DNA from: Hemiscyllium ocellatum
Taxonomy: Eukaryota
Assembly: GCF_020745735.1 (NCBI RefSeq)
Contig: NC_083403.1
Span: 102,944,378-103,008,377, forward strand
Direction: 5' to 3'
DNA length: 64,000 nucleotides
The notes beneath the pieces were generated by a model. It worked only from the letters and a program-made list of their open reading frames with translations. It had not been told where the DNA came from and made no database searches. Both the position numbers and the translations under genes were made by a program. Positions 25,560 to 39,357 of this stretch are shown here, piece after piece. Within the stretch, counting starts at the first letter, position 1; each line of letters opens with the position of its first letter.

Positions 25560-27370
25560 AGTCGTGCTGCATAGAAATAGGCCCTTCAGTCCAGCATGTC
25601 TATGCCAACCAACAAACACCAAACTGAACTAGTTCCATATACCTGTACTTGGTCCATAGCTTACTATGCTCTAGCATTTTAAGTACTCATCCAGGTGATG
25701 CTTAAATATTGTGAGAGCACCTTCTCCATTGCCCTGTCAGGTAGCATGTTCCATATCTACTACCCGCTGGATGAAAAACATTTTTTTTTTCTCTTTGATC
25801 TCCTCTAAACCACTTGCTCCTCACCTTAAACTTGTACAGTCTGGTCTTAGTCGCAGCTGTCCCGGGGGAGAATTGTCTGTGCTTCTCAATTTTATATAGA
25901 AACTAAAGGGACAACATGTGCATGGAGCTCCATCATATTTCCCTCAGCTGTCTCTTCTCCAAGGAAAACAAACATAGTCTATCTGGTCTCATCTTATAAC
26001 AGACTTCTCATCCCAGGCAATATCCTGGTGAATTTCCTTTGTACCTTTCCATTGCAATCGTGTCCTTCAGAAAGTATGATGTCCACAGTTGCACATAGTA
26101 TTCCATTTGTGGCCTAACCAGTATTTTATAAGGTTATAACAAGACTTCCTGGCTTCTATATTCTACACCCCCATTAATGAAACAAGCATCCTATATGCTG
26201 CATTCATCATCATTTCTACCTCTGCTGAAGTATTCAAAGATATGTGGACTTGTAGAGCAAGGTTACTTTGTTTCTTAGCACTCCCTGGGGACTTGCCTAT
26301 CATTGCATATATCCTTCCCTTATTAGATTCCCAAAATGCATCACTCTACACATATCAGATTAAATTCCATCTGCCATTGCTCTGTCCAATTTACCAGCTG
26401 ATCGATATCAATCTGTAGCCTAAATCATTCCCCTTATTATAACAGTGCTCCCAACTTTCATGTCGTTTGCAAACTTATTATACCTTCTACGTTCACGCCC
26501 AGACTGATAATTTACATAACATGGAGCACTGGTCCCAATATAATCCCTGTGGAATAGTGCTGTTCACAGGCTTTTGGAGCCAGTTTGCCAAACTGCCTTG
26601 GATCCCATGAGCTGTTGCCTTTTGAACCACCCTTCCATGTGCGACCTTGTATAAGGCTTTACTAAAATCCATGTGAATCATATCAACTGCACAACCCTCT
26701 CCCTCTAACAAATCCATGCTGATCAATCTGGTCAATGCCTGCCTTTCCAAGTATTGAATAATCCTGTTTTTTTAAAGAGTGTCTTTCCAATAATTTCCCT
26801 GCCACTGATATCAGACTAATCTGGCCTATCCCTGCTCCTTTTCTTTTACCAAGAAACCACATGAGCTATCCTCAATTCTACTAGTACCTCGCCTGTGGCT
26901 AGCAAAGTATTAAATATATCTATCAGGGCCCTAGAAATTTCTCTTGCCTCTCATAGCAGCCTGGGACACACTCACCGGGCCCTGGGTATTTGTGCAATAA
27001 CATCTAATACCACCTCATTAATCTTAACATACGCCTGAACCTCTGTCTCCAAACTGAACATCCCAGTTATAATGCCTTTCTCCTCTTCTGAATACAGATG
27101 AGAAGTATTTATTGAGGACCTCACTCACATTCAATGGCTCCATGCACAGGTTGTCCCTTTGGTTTCTAATAGGTCCCACTAGACCTTTCCCTCGTAATCC
27201 TCTTGCTCTTCATATACTTATAAAAAGCTTTGCGTTTTCCTTGATACCATCAGCCAAAGATATTTCGTGGCCCCTCTTCGCTCTCTTAATTTTCCTTTTA
27301 AGAAACCTCTTCAACTCATTATACTTTTGAAGGGCATCCTCTGTTTCTAATGTGCTGTATCTGACATGCT
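25560..27370 (-). mobile_element. Decayed CR1 LINE ORF2 fragment
   Basis: AVDMIHMDFSKALYKVAH in ORF 26493..26750 (-); tail at ~25560-25620. Confidence 0.8.
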
Positions 27371-27380
27371 TCCTTTTTAT

Positions 27381-27676
27381 TAGATTAGATTACTTAGTCT
27401 GGAAACAAGCCCACACCGACCCGCCGAAGCACAACCCACCCAGACCAATTCCCCTACGTTTACCCCTGCCCTTAACACTACAGGCAATTTAGCTTGGCCA
27501 ATTCACCAATGCACATTTTTAGACTGTGGGAGGAAACCAGAGCACCCTGAGGAAACCCACGCAGACACGGGGAGAATGTGCAAACTCCACACAGTCAGTC
27601 GCCTGAGGCGGGAATTGAACCCGGGTCTCTGGCACTGTAAGGCAGCAGTGCTAACCACTGTGCCACCGTGCCGCCC
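27381..27676 (-). mobile_element. HE1 SINE
   Basis: Reverse complement of the HE1 copies at 21513 and 62434, with an internal deletion near the tail. Confidence 0.92.
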
Positions 27677-28189
27677 AAAACTTCCTTTTTTTTTATCAAA
27701 CTCTCTATTCCTTGACATCCAGGGTCCCTTCACTCTTAGAGGACAAGCTGGTCCTGAATTCTTACTTTTTTTTAATTCCCTTGTTCCAAATGTTGACTTA
27801 CCTGTCTCTGAATATAGAAATTTGTGGATTTCGAATCTCATTTTGGGGATATAAGCATAATCTAGGCTGACCTGCCAGTGCACCTTTGGATGGAAATGAA
27901 AGATCCAGGAATACAATTTTGGAGAAGAGTGGGGGAGTTCTGTCTGTACTGGCCACAAAGAACTAACATCCAAAATCAGATTTAACTGATCAATATACTT
28001 GTGGGAGCTTGCTAATTACAAATTGACTATGCACGTTGAAAGTTGCAATTTAAATTGCAATTTCACTGACTGTAAACATGTGAAGTGTGCTATTTTAAAA
28101 TGTTCAGGGCATCTCAAATATTTTCATTACGTGTAAAGATGCCGTATTAGCATATTTTGATTGCTTTCCATCCTATAGACTAACTGAAG

Positions 28190-29218
28190 AGGGTTGAATA
28201 CAGAACTGGCTCAAAGGTAGAAGACAGAAGGTGGTGGTGGAGGGCTGTTTTTCAGACTGGAGGCCTGTGACCAGTGGAATGCCACAAGGGTCAGTGCTGG
28301 GTCCACTACTTTTCATTATTTCTATCAATGATTTGGATGTGAGCATAAGAGGTATAGTTAGTAAGTTTGCAGATCACACCAAAATTGGAGGTGTCGTGGA
28401 CAGCGAAGAAGATTACCTCAGATCACAACGGGGATCTTGATCAGATGGGCCACTGGGCTGAGAAGTGGCAGATGGAGTTTAATTTAGATAAATGAGAGGT
28501 GCTAGGTAGTGTTGCTGAACAAAGAGACCTTGGAGTGCAGGTTTGTAGCTCCTTGAAAGTGGAGTCGCAGTTAGATAGGATAGTGAAGAAGGAGTATGAT
28601 TATGCTTTCCTTTATTGGTCAGAGTATTGAGTACAGGAGTTGGAAGGTCATGTTGCGGCTGTACAGGACATTGGTTAGGCCACTGTTGAAATATTGTGTC
28701 TAGTTCTGGTCTCCTTCACGTCAGAAAGATGTTGTGAAACTTGAGAGGGTTCAGAAAAGATTTCTAAGGATGTTGCCAGGATTGGAGGATTTGAGCTATA
28801 GGGAAAGGTTGAATAGGCTAGGGCTGGAGCGACAGAGGCTGAGGTGTGAGCTTATAGAGATTTATAAAATCATGAGGGGCATGGATAAGATAAAGAGACA
28901 AAGTCTATGTCCTGGGTGGAGGAGTCCAGAACTAGAGGGCATAGGTTTAGAGTGAGAGGGGAAGATATAAAAGAGACCTAAGGGACAACATTTTCACTCA
29001 GAGGGTGGTATGTATATGGGATGAGCTGCCAGAGGAAGTGGTGAAGGCTAGTAGAATTGCAACATATAAGAGGCATCTGGATGGGTATGTGAATAGGAAG
29101 GGTTTGGAGGGACATGGGCCAAGTGCTGGCAGGTGGGACTAGATTGGGTTGGGATATCTGGTCAGCATGGATGAGTTGGACTGAAGGGCCTGTTTCTGTG
29201 CTGTACATCTCTATGACT
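28190..29218 (+). mobile_element. HER1-like CR1 LINE, 5'-truncated
   Basis: [21 protein letters not shown] (ORF 28231..28440), KLERVQKRF; tail CTGTACATCTCTATGACTC. Confidence 0.9.
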
Positions 29219-29364
29219 CGAAGAGAGATTAATGAACTGAAAGTCCGCTTTGATCGTGTTGGTTCAAGAATAAATGTTCACTTTGGTACTGGATTGAGCT
29301 CCCCTCCTCTTCAAGAACTGCCACAAAAAACTTTTACCTTCACGAAAGAGGGTAGGTCAGGCCT

Positions 29365-30345
29365 GGTAAGGACAGAACTCCCTGGTGCTCACCTTCCACC
29401 CGACCAATCATCGCATAAACCACATCATCCAACGACATTTCCGCCACCTCCAAACAGACCCCACCACCAGGGATATATTTCCTTCCCCACCCCTTTCCGC
29501 CTTCTGCAAAGACAATTCCCTCCGTGACTACCTGGTCAGGTCCAAGCCCCCCCAACAACCCACCCTCCCATCCTGGCATCTTCCCCTGCCACCACAGGAA
29601 TTGCAAAACCTGTGCCCACACCTCCTCCCTCACCTCCATCCAAGGCGCCACAGGAGCCTTCCACATCCATCAAAGTTTTACCCGCACATCCACCAATATC
29701 ATTTATTGTATCCATTGCTCCCAATGCGGTCTCCTCTACATTGGGGAGACTGGACGTCTCCTACCAGAGTGCTTTTGGTAACATCTCTGGGACACCCGCA
29801 CCAATCAACCACACTGCTCTGTGGCCCAACATTTCAACTTCTCCTCCCGTTCAGCCAAGGACATGGAGGTCCTGGGCCTCCTTCACCACTGCTCCCTCAC
29901 CACCTGACGCCTGGAGGAAGAATGCTTCATCTTCCGCCTCGGAACACTTCAACCCCAGGGCATCAATGTGGACTTCACCAGTTTCCTCATTTCCCCTTCG
30001 CCCACCCCACCCCAGTTCCAAACTTCCAGCCCAGCACTGTCCCCATGACTTGTCCTACCTGCCTATCTTCCTTTCCACCTATCCAATCCACCCTCCTCTC
30101 TGATCTATCACCTCCATCCCACCCCCATTCACCTATTGTACTCTATGCTACTTTCTCCCCACCCCCAGCCTCCTCTCATTTATCTCTCCACCCTGCAGGC
30201 ACTTTGCCTCTATTCCTGATGAAAGGTTTTTGCCCGAAACATCGATTTTCCTGCTCCTCGGATGCTGCCTGAGCTGCTGTTTTTTTCCAGCACCACTCTA
30301 GTCTAGAATCTGGTTTCCAGCATCTGCAGCCCTTGTTTTTACCTA
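29365..30345 (+). mobile_element. Penelope-like element (Neptune-type), 5'-truncated: RT C-terminus/linker, Cys-rich linker, GIY-YIG endonuclease, pLTR
   Basis: LTFHPTN..FRHLQTDP..FPSPPLSAF..NSLRDYLVRS, then frameshift to FPCHHRNCKTC..NIIYCIHCSQCGLLYIGETGR; hammerhead core at 30216-30243. Confidence 0.9.
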
Positions 30346-32061
30346 GTTGATTTTTACCTCCTTGTTGTCCAAAGAATGACCCCTCTGAAAACGTAATCCT
30401 CCTTGGGTTCTGTACTTAGAATCCTGATGTCTTTGTTATGGACAACACCAAGCCACCTCAAACTATGTTCAAAAGATTGTCTAGCTCCTAATCACTTATT
30501 TTAAAGGTAAGTGTGAGGTGTTGCATTTTGGGTGCAATTTGATTGGTCAAACTACTTGACATTAAGCAAAACAAACTTTAGTTTTCACTACAATTAAAAT
30601 GGACAAACCAATGCTTTTTATTTTAATTTTAACTGTAGCTCTATTAAAATGCTTAACAAAATAGCAGATGTATTAATTAATTAACTGTACAAATATAATG
30701 ATCTCCCATAAATATGTCCTTGGCAAAGGTGAATTCAATAAAATAGATTGTTTCACATATAATTCTAAAATCCAACAGGACAAACATAAAGAGAAAACTT
30801 AGTAGCAAGATGTACTGCAGCTTCCAAACCCTGTTTCAAGACCCCAACAATCATTATTGAAAAACCAGAACTAAAGATCCTGGCACCCATTCAGATTTCT
30901 TCTATTGTTCCACCTTAGAAAAAATCCCAAGGCCTCACAAACTGTTTACAACCTTTGAAGCAATTTAATTGGCACTTCTGTTCGCAACCTTCACAAAGAA
31001 AGGACAAAATGCACCTCTCTAAAGCCATAGTATCATCACACCTCCCGCTCCCTGCTTTAACAAAAAAGAAACCATCAATGTACAAAGATGGCTTCATCTT
31101 TAAAGCATCTAGTCTTATGCTATTAGTACATTACAGTGACTGTAAGCATGTAAATATTCACTACTGTGATCCATTTCAGACTTTTTCCCACAAGCAAATG
31201 CCTCCATCTTTCTTCTTCAAATTTGTAACAATGCATCAGCAATTACATTCACTCATTCTGCCACATGTATAATTTTTTAATTGAATGGCTACAATAATAA
31301 GTTCCACTTTATAATCTGGTATTTTTATCCTTAAATTTTTCCAAAAACTTTAAGGGCTTATGATTAATATATACAATCGTCTCAGACACGTTACTGGCAA
31401 TGTAAATGTTGCAACCTCAACACCAAACTCAAGGTTTCCCTCTTAATCGTGGAATATTTCTTGATGAGTTTTCAATTTTCTGGAAAAATACCCAACAGGT
31501 CTTTCTATCGCCTCGTCACTTTCTTGCAAAAGTACAGCACTGACACCCCTTTGAATAACTTTGCATAATTAGGTATGGCTAACACATGGAGAGTGGCAAA
31601 CACAGTTTTCAGGCAGTCAGAATGCCTTCTGACATTCCCTTTCCACTGAAATTTTCTGCATTTCAACAAGTCAATCAGTGGAACAACACTACTAAAATTT
31701 GGTACAAACTTCTGATAAAGACCACTTAGTCCCAGGAATTGTAGTACTACTCTCTTCGTCAAAGGTATGGGAACTCCCCGACAACTTTTGATTTAGTTTC
31801 ATATAGGTCCATCTTTCCATACCCAAAGTGACTTGGGCTTTTGCAAACTCACTCTAAAACTAGGTTTGTCACCAAGCCTACCTCCCAAAGTCAATCAAAT
31901 AATTCCCTAGATGCTTCAAACATTCCTTCCATGTGTGACTGAAAATCACCAGATCATCAATATACACTACACAATTGGGTAAACCTGAAATAACTTTATT
32001 AATTAATCTTTGAAATGTAACTGGTGCATTTTCCATACCAAATGGCATGACATTAAATAAA

Positions 32062-32700
32062 TAGAGTTGAAAAGTGTGGTGCTAGAAAAGCGCAGCAGGT
32101 CAGGCAGCATCCAAGGAGTAGGAGAATCGACGTTTCGGGCATAAGCCCTTCTTCAGGAATGAGGCTGTTGTGCCAAGTGGGCTAAGATAAAAGGTGGGGG
32201 GGTGGGGGGGATTTGGGGGAGGGGCACTGGGAATACAATAGGTGGAAGGAGGTGTGGAAGATAGGCTGGAGAGGCGGTGGGTACGGAGAGGTCGGGAAGA
32301 AGATTGCAGGTCAAGAGGGTGGTACTGAATCTGGGGGTTGGGACTGAGATAAGGTTTTAGATTACTTACAGTGTGGAAACAGGCCCTTCGGCCCAACAAG
32401 TCCACACCGACCCGCCGAAGCGCAACCCACCCATACCCATACATTTACCCCCTACCTAACACTACGGGCAATTTAGCATGGCCAATTCACCTGAACCGCA
32501 CATCTTTGTGACTATGGGAGGAAACCGGAGCACCCGGAGGAAACCCATGCAGACACGGGGAGAATGTGCAAACTCCACACAGACAGTCGCCCGAGGCCGT
32601 TGGGGAAGGGGAAATGAGGAATGTCTGGCCTGCTGCGCTTTTCCAGCATCACACTTTTCAACTCTGGTCTCCAGCATCTGCAGTCCTCACTTTCTCCTAA
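32062..32700. mobile_element. Penelope-like pLTR element inserted in Gypsy RT, containing a nested HE1 SINE (~32357-32598, - strand)
   Basis: Inverted ends GAGTTGAAAAGTGTGGTGCTAGAAAAGCGCAGCAGG and CCTGCTGCGCTTTTCCAGCATCACACTTTTCAACTC; flanking TTAAATA repeats. Confidence 0.85.
32124..32160 (-). ncRNA. Minimal hammerhead ribozyme motif, intact core
   Basis: AUUC-CUGAAGA-A-GGGC-UUAU-GCCC-GAA-ACGU-C-GAUU. Confidence 0.7.
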
Positions 32701-33452
32701 TTAAATAGGTACTATCCACTCAGCATCACAAAAGCCAAAATTTCCTTAGGTCTTTTGGATAAAGCTACCTGCCAGTATCCTCTGAGTAAGTCCAACTTTG
32801 AAATATAAGTTGTTTGTCTCACCTTCTCAATACAGTCTTCCAAATGAGGAATAGATATGAATCAGATTTTGTAACTGCATCGACATAATCATTGAGCTTT
32901 TGGCACCATGAATATGAGTGAGTTCCATTCACTGTAACTCACACAATTATGTTTACTCTGAGTATGTGTTCAATCTATTTTTGAACCTATGCCAACTTTA
33001 AAGGATCTTGCTTAACTGGAACAGCCTATATCTACATCATGCATAATTAGATTAGTACATCTGAGAGTATTCCCACATATTTCCCCACGTGATTGTAATA
33101 ACTCTTTCAGGTCATTTCAATTTTCCTCTGAAAGGTAACTGCAATTTTTCACAATTTTTGAGAACTTTCTCATTGTCCAATTTAATCTGAGGAATGTTTA
33201 ATTCAGAATCTTTTAAACTTGGTTCTTCACTCTGTAACACATTCTCCTTTTGTTTTCTTTCCCTTTCAAATACCTTTACAGCATATTCACATGATAAACA
33301 GTGAGATTGCTTTCTATCTGAAATGCTTCTTAAATAGTTCACCTCAGTTTCCTGTCAATTTGAATATTGCCCTTAAAGGTTCACCTCCCACTGGAAGTAA
33401 CTTTATCTCCAGTAGCAAAATTATGAATACTTGATTTATTGACTGCTTCCTA

Positions 33453-34041
33453 TGAAATGGACTAGGCTAGACCCTAACTTTGCTAGTTGTTTTCAGCAGG
33501 TGTAACACAGATAATCCAGGAGGGATGCAGTTGGTCAAACCACATAGTTTTAAACAAAACAATTTATTTACAAGATTATCGAATGAAGCACCAACAAAAG
33601 GGAAGAGAATATCAAATAGTTAACCTATCTCAAAACCCAACAGATCATCCCAACTTAATGATGCTGTTCCAAATGCTTGCAATAATCCCCATAAATACCC
33701 CTTGGCACAAAAGGTAAAATCAAACATAGGGTCTTATAGGAGAGAAGTCAGAGAGAGAGGAGGATCAGCCTAGACCTGCTTCTTTGGATCCAGCAGCTTT
33801 TACTACTGTACTGTGCTAAAACCAAACCAGAGAAAAGATGAGCTGGGAGAACTGGCCACTCCCTTTCATTGTAAAAGTTTTTTTTAGACTTAGAAGCCTT
33901 TTGCCCAAGATAGTATCTGTTATCTGTAATCAAATTGGCCCAAAACCTCTTCAACTTAGACTTTTCAGAGACTGTGTCTTTCATGACATCTCTGGAAAAA
34001 AAAGGACAACATAACCTTGTTAAAGGAGCAGCATCATCACA
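33453..34041 (-). mobile_element. Gypsy solo LTR inserted inside the Gypsy internal region
   Basis: Same LTR family (GAGCTGGGAGAACTGGCCACTCCC core, ..GCATCATCACA end); flanks CCTA/CCTG. Confidence 0.75.
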
Positions 34042-34061
34042 CCTGTTTCATCTCAAGCTGT

Positions 34062-34190
34062 ACATTCCTGATGAAAGGCTTATGCCTAAAATGTCTCCTG
34101 TTCCTCAGATGCTGCATGACTTGCTGTGCTTTTCCAGCACCACCCTTTTTGACTCTGACTCTCCAGCATCTGTAGTCCTCACTTTCTCCT
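34062..34190 (+). mobile_element. Short Penelope-like terminal fragment
   Basis: Begins at the hammerhead stem I (ATTCCTGATGAAAGGCTTATGCC); flanked by AGCTGT direct repeats at 34056-34061 and 34191-34196. Confidence 0.75.
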
Positions 34191-35549
34191 AGCTGTCTAG
34201 CCAACTTACCCGCTCTATTTAACCATTCCCTAAAATTTGACACATAATCCAAATGTGTGGATTCTAAACTTTGGCTCACCAATTGTACCTTAATTAATTT
34301 CAGTGTCCTCTCACCTCATGCCCTAATTCAAATGAATTGAATTTAATTGATTTATTCGGTGCATCCCTAATTACAAAAGATCCAAATGGAATTTCTTTAT
34401 TCCAATCCTCTGAACAGTCTTGACTATAAATCCTATACATGATCTTTCAATTATGATGCCACCACTCTAATGCTGTGTGTATTTTGGATGGTACAGAGTG
34501 GATTTGAGTTGTTTTGTTCCTAAGCTATCTGTAACTTTCTTGAATAGCTTTGATGTAAAATTTTGCCCTTGTTCTGATTATGTCTCTATGGATAATCCAT
34601 ATTTATTAAAGAATTTGAGTAACTTTTCTACAATCCTTTGAGCCATAATACTGCATAATGGAATGACCTCTGGAAATCTAGTAGACAAATGCATTATGGT
34701 CAACAAAAACTAATTTTCACTTTTTGTTTTAGGCAGATGTCCTACACAATTGATTATAACTTCAAATGTGGAAATGGTTCTTAAGAGTGCTGATTTTATC
34801 AGTGCCTGAGGTTTTATCATTGCCTCATAAACTGTTTATGGGCTTTGAAGCAGACTAATTGGCACTTCCCACCTCAACCTCTCTTAACAAAAAAAAATAC
34901 TCCTATTAAAGCCATAGCGTGCTCACATCTTGAACCTGCAATTCTCTAAGGGAACTAAGAATGAATATGTTACTTTTAAAAATTGCTTTCTTTTCATTTT
35001 AAATACAATTAAAAATAGCATTTTTTAAAAGAAAGATATTCCTTTTAAGATTGTTGGAATGTTGCCCGTAAACCAAACCTATAAAAGGTCAGCTAAAGAC
35101 CAATTGGGATGTTTCTTTTCTTCTATAGTGGCACAATGTAATTTTTCTCACCATAGCCCTTGTCTGTCCCCAGCAGCCGCACATTCTCCTGTGGAGAGTT
35201 GAACATATTCTAAGCAGTTATGGTGAAAAGCACTCAATCATGCCTTCATTCCCACAAAATGTGATGGAACTAAGAGACAATGATGGCCAGATAGCTAATC
35301 CTGCCAATGGCCAACCTAACATCTTTATGTAGTTATTCAGTCACTAGAACTAGCTGTTTCTTCTATTGCACCATTTACGACTGCCAAAGCTTTCAGCTGC
35401 TCTTCCCTTATATCTTGGATTTTTTTTCTGAGCTACTTTCACATGCTGCCTCCATGTTCTCCTTTAAGAAGCCTTTTCACAATCATGTGATTTCCTATTT
35501 ATTTAAGGAAGGATGTAAATTTATTGGGAACAGTTATCCACTGCCTTCT

Positions 35550-36535
35550 CAAACAGAAGTTGAAGGAAAAGCTCAGCTGGTCTGGCAGCATCTGTGAAGA
35601 GGAATCATAGTTAATGTTCTGGGTCCAGTGACCCTTCCTCAGAACTAATGGTAGCTAGGAAAATGTTGGTTTATACATAGAAGATACGTTGGGGGAGGGG
35701 GTAAGGAGTAAACGATACGTAAGGATAGAGCCCAAAGTGAGACAAGAACAGTTGAACAGACAAAGGAATCGATAAGGATCTGGTTGGGAAGGTGAATAGC
35801 TGTTAATGGAGATTGTTAGTGGCTAACAATAGGTAGTATGTAATGGCAGACTGTGTGATAACAAGGCCTAGTGTATTTGGTAGGGGACTAGGACATTGAG
35901 TTCAGGCACTAAAATTATTGAACTTAATATCCAGAGGGCTTTAGGGTCCCCAGGTGGAAAATGAAGTGTTGTTCTTCCAGCTTGCACAGATCTTCACTAG
36001 ACCACTGCAGCAAACCTGAGACAGAATATTGGCTAGGGTACAGGGTGGTTGGTTGAAGTGACATGTAACTGGAAGCTCCGGGTCTTTTTTGTGGGAGAAC
36101 ATAGTTATCTGCAAAGCGGTCACCCAGACTACTCTTCGTTTCCCTGATGTCGAGGAGATCACATTGTGAGCAATAGATTGTGAGAAGTGCAGGCAAAGTG
36201 TTGTTTCACTCGGAAGGTATGTTTGAGCCCTTGAATACAGAGGAGGTAGGAGGTAAATGGGCAAGTGTTACACCTTTGGTGGTTGCTGGGAAAGCTGTCA
36301 TGGGGCTGTGATGGGTGTTGGGAGTGAAGGAAGGTGGACCAGGGTGTTCCGGAGGTAACAGTCCCCGCGGAAGATAGACAAGGGAGTGGAGGGAATATGT
36401 GTTTATTGATGGCACCTTGGGTGTTGATGCTGGCAGGATGGTAAATAAGGATAAAGGGAACCCTATCACTTGTGGGAGGGGAGAGAGGGGGAGAGAGCGG
36501 AAGTGCAGGAGATGGGTTGGACCCAGTTGAGGGCT
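35550..36535 (-). mobile_element. Second Penelope-like family, 5'-truncated, with GIY-YIG remnant
   Basis: TIYCSQCDLLDIRETKSSLGDRFA..KLEEQHFIFHLGTLKPSG (ORF 35924..36196); degraded hammerhead core at 35611-35642. Confidence 0.85.
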
Positions 36536-37149
36536 TTAGTGAACCAATTGGGGCTTTTATAATAATCTGATAGTTTCATTTCTGTTTTCTGATCCCAGAT
36601 ACTATTCTTTTTAAAATGCAACTGCAATTCTCATCACCATGTTGAAGTTCAAACTTCTGTTCCTTGTACAGTGCCTCTGAATCTTGAGGTGACCTCAAGT
36701 AAGTACCTAAAGTTTGCTGTAATGTATATTGATGAGTAGTTTAAACATTCCTCCAGATAATAGTTTTTCCATCATTGATTTTTGGCTGGCAATCTTATAC
36801 ATCACTCCCAACAATCTGTATAACAATCAGATGGATGACCTTCAATTCTTTGTGTGTACACTATGGATTGCTAGGTTGCTATTAGAAACCTATTTTTAAT
36901 GAATAATTTTAACATGCAGGAAGTCTTTTGATTTTCCTTTCCACCAATGCAAATTTCAATGTTCAGACTTAAATATGATTAGCTGCAATTATTCTTTAAT
37001 AATGCCAAGATGACAGATAAAAATGAGTTGAGGTCTGTAAAGTGCTGGATCAAAAAAAGATGGAAATAATAGCTACTCCATGCATGAAGCTGAATGAATG
37101 AAGATGATCACATGGTCCAGATGATTTGGTAAGCACAACAGCAGAAAAT

Positions 37150-37890
37150 AAAAGCTATCATATAGATGTTAAAGTATTATCATGGATAGAAGATTGGCTG
37201 GCTGACAGGAAATAGAGAAGAGGCATAAATGTCTCTTTTTTGGGGTTGGTAAGATGTAATGAATGATGTGGTATAGCGATTGGTCCTGAGACCTCAACTG
37301 CTTACAATTTATACAAATGATTTGAATGAAGGGATGGAAGGCATGTTTGCCAAATTTACTAATGGCACAAAGATAGGAAAGAGAAAGTTGTGAGGAAGAA
37401 AAAGGAAGCTGCGGAGGGATATAGATAGGTTAAGTGAATGGGCAAAGATCTATCAAATAGTTTCAAATGGAACAATGTGGAATTATACATTTTGGCAGAA
37501 AGAATTAAAAACAAAACTAAATGGAGATAGATTATAGAACTGAGATGTTGAGAGATCAGGTATGAATCACAAAAGGTTAGTATGCAGACACAGCAAATAA
37601 TTTGGAAAGCTAATTGAATGTTATAATTTATCATAAGGAAAATTAAATATAAAAGAAGGTTATTTTTCAGTTATACAGAGCACTGGTGAGACTGCAACTG
37701 GAGTACAGAGCACCATATTGGTAACCTTTATTTAAGGAAGAATGTAAATTCATTGAGAACAGTTCAGAGTAATACCTGGAATAAGTGGGTTATCATATGA
37801 GGAAATGATGAACAGGCAAGGCTTGTATCTGCCTAAGTTTAAAAGACTAAGAGGCAACTTGATTGAAACATATAAGATCATGAGGGGTGA
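37150..37890 (+). mobile_element. Old CR1/L2 RT fragment
   Basis: WIEDWLADR, IYTNDLNEG and YRALVRLQLEY-like motifs. Confidence 0.7.
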
Positions 37891-39357
37891 TCTGTTTGGC
37901 CAATATGGACCAACAAATAACTGATGTTTGAGAAATACAAGTCGCATTCCCTTTGTCAATAATAGAATACAAGTTAGTGAAAGTCATAATCAAATTATAG
38001 AGTATCTTCAACATTATGTCCATTTTGATCATCAAGGCATTGAAATGTTAGTGTCAGTGTTAAGGTTAGTTAATAGTTGAATAATTTAGGCTTGTCAGAT
38101 TTTCAAGAAGGGAGATGCATGAGATTCCAAGATTGTACAGAAAAGATTAAGCTGAAAAATTACTTCAAATCAAATTTCCTGTTTTTCTAGTTCTATGTGA
38201 CTAAATAAAGTTTGGTAGAATTTCTTAGCAAGGATACAATTGTTATAGGAAGTATAAAAGGGGGGAGCAACAGAGGAGGGGGAGTAGAGTTTTAATAGGG
38301 GATAGCATTATGCCTGGGAATACATTCAGGGAAGTTATTTGGGTGGACCTGAGAAATAGAAAGGGAATGATCACCTTACTGGGATTGTATTATAGACCTC
38401 CCCCCCACCCCACCCCCCGCAATAATCAGTGGGAAATTGGTAAACAAATTTGTAAGGAGATCTCAGTTAACTGTAAGAATAATAGGGTGGTTATGGTTAG
38501 GAATTTTAATTTTCCAAACACAGTAAGAATAATCAGGTGGTTATGGTCGAGGATTTTAATTTTCCGAACATAGACTGGGACTGCCATAGTGTTTAGATGG
38601 AGAGGAATTTCTTAAATGTGTACAAGACAATATTCTGATTGAGTATACGGATGTACATACTAGAGAAGGTGCAAAACTTGATCTACTGTTGGGAAATAAG
38701 GCAGGGCAGGTGACAGAGATGTCAGTGGGGGAGCACTCAGGGGCCTAGCGACCATAATTCTATTAATTTTTAACTGGTGATGGAAAAGGATAGACCACAC
38801 TTAAAGGTTGCAGTTCTAAATTGGAGGAAGGCCAATTTTGATGGGATTAGGCAAGAACTTTCAAAAATTGATTGGGGGCAGATGTTTGCAGGTAAAGGGA
38901 CAGCTGAAAAATGGGAAGCCTTCAAAAGTGAGATAACAAGAGTCCAGAGACAGTGTACAAGAGTCCAGAGACAGTATATTCCTTTTAGGGTGAAAGACAA
39001 GGCTGGATGACTAGAAACATTGAAGTTTTGGTTAAGAAAAAGAAGGAAGCATATGTCAGGTATAGACAGCAGAGATCGAGTGAATCCTTACAAGAGGAGG
39101 TGGTGCTGGATGTCTTAAAACACATTTAAGTGGATAAAACCCCTGGACCTGATCAGATGTACCCTAGAACTCTGTGGGAAGTGATTGGTGGGCCTCTTGC
39201 TGAGATATGTGTATCTTTCATAGTCACAAATGAGGTGCTGGAAGACTGGAGGTTGGCTAACATGACACCACTATTTAAGATTTTACAAGAGTATAAAGGC
39301 AGTAGGAGTATACTTAAGAACAAAATCAGGAGGCAAAAAGGGAACATGAGATAGCTT

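Larger units (their letters stand above)
30434..34830 (-). mobile_element. Gypsy LTR retrotransposon, Gmr1-like order (INT-RT-RH-PPT-3'LTR), 5'-truncated and decayed
   Basis: Integrase core ~34300-34800 (CVGHLPKTKS..STRFPEVIPL..SEQGQNFTSKLF..YHP); RT MPFGMENAPVTFQ..VYIDDL (YIDD at 31953-31964); RNase H ~31200-31700; PPT at 31041-31052; LTR 30434-31040 with TG..CA. Confidence 0.88.

Noticed and set aside
29385-30272. Longest ORF (295 aa) as a novel host gene
   Set aside because: Only the N-terminal part is in the Penelope frame; the rest is an off-frame read of the GIY-YIG region and the C-rich pLTR.
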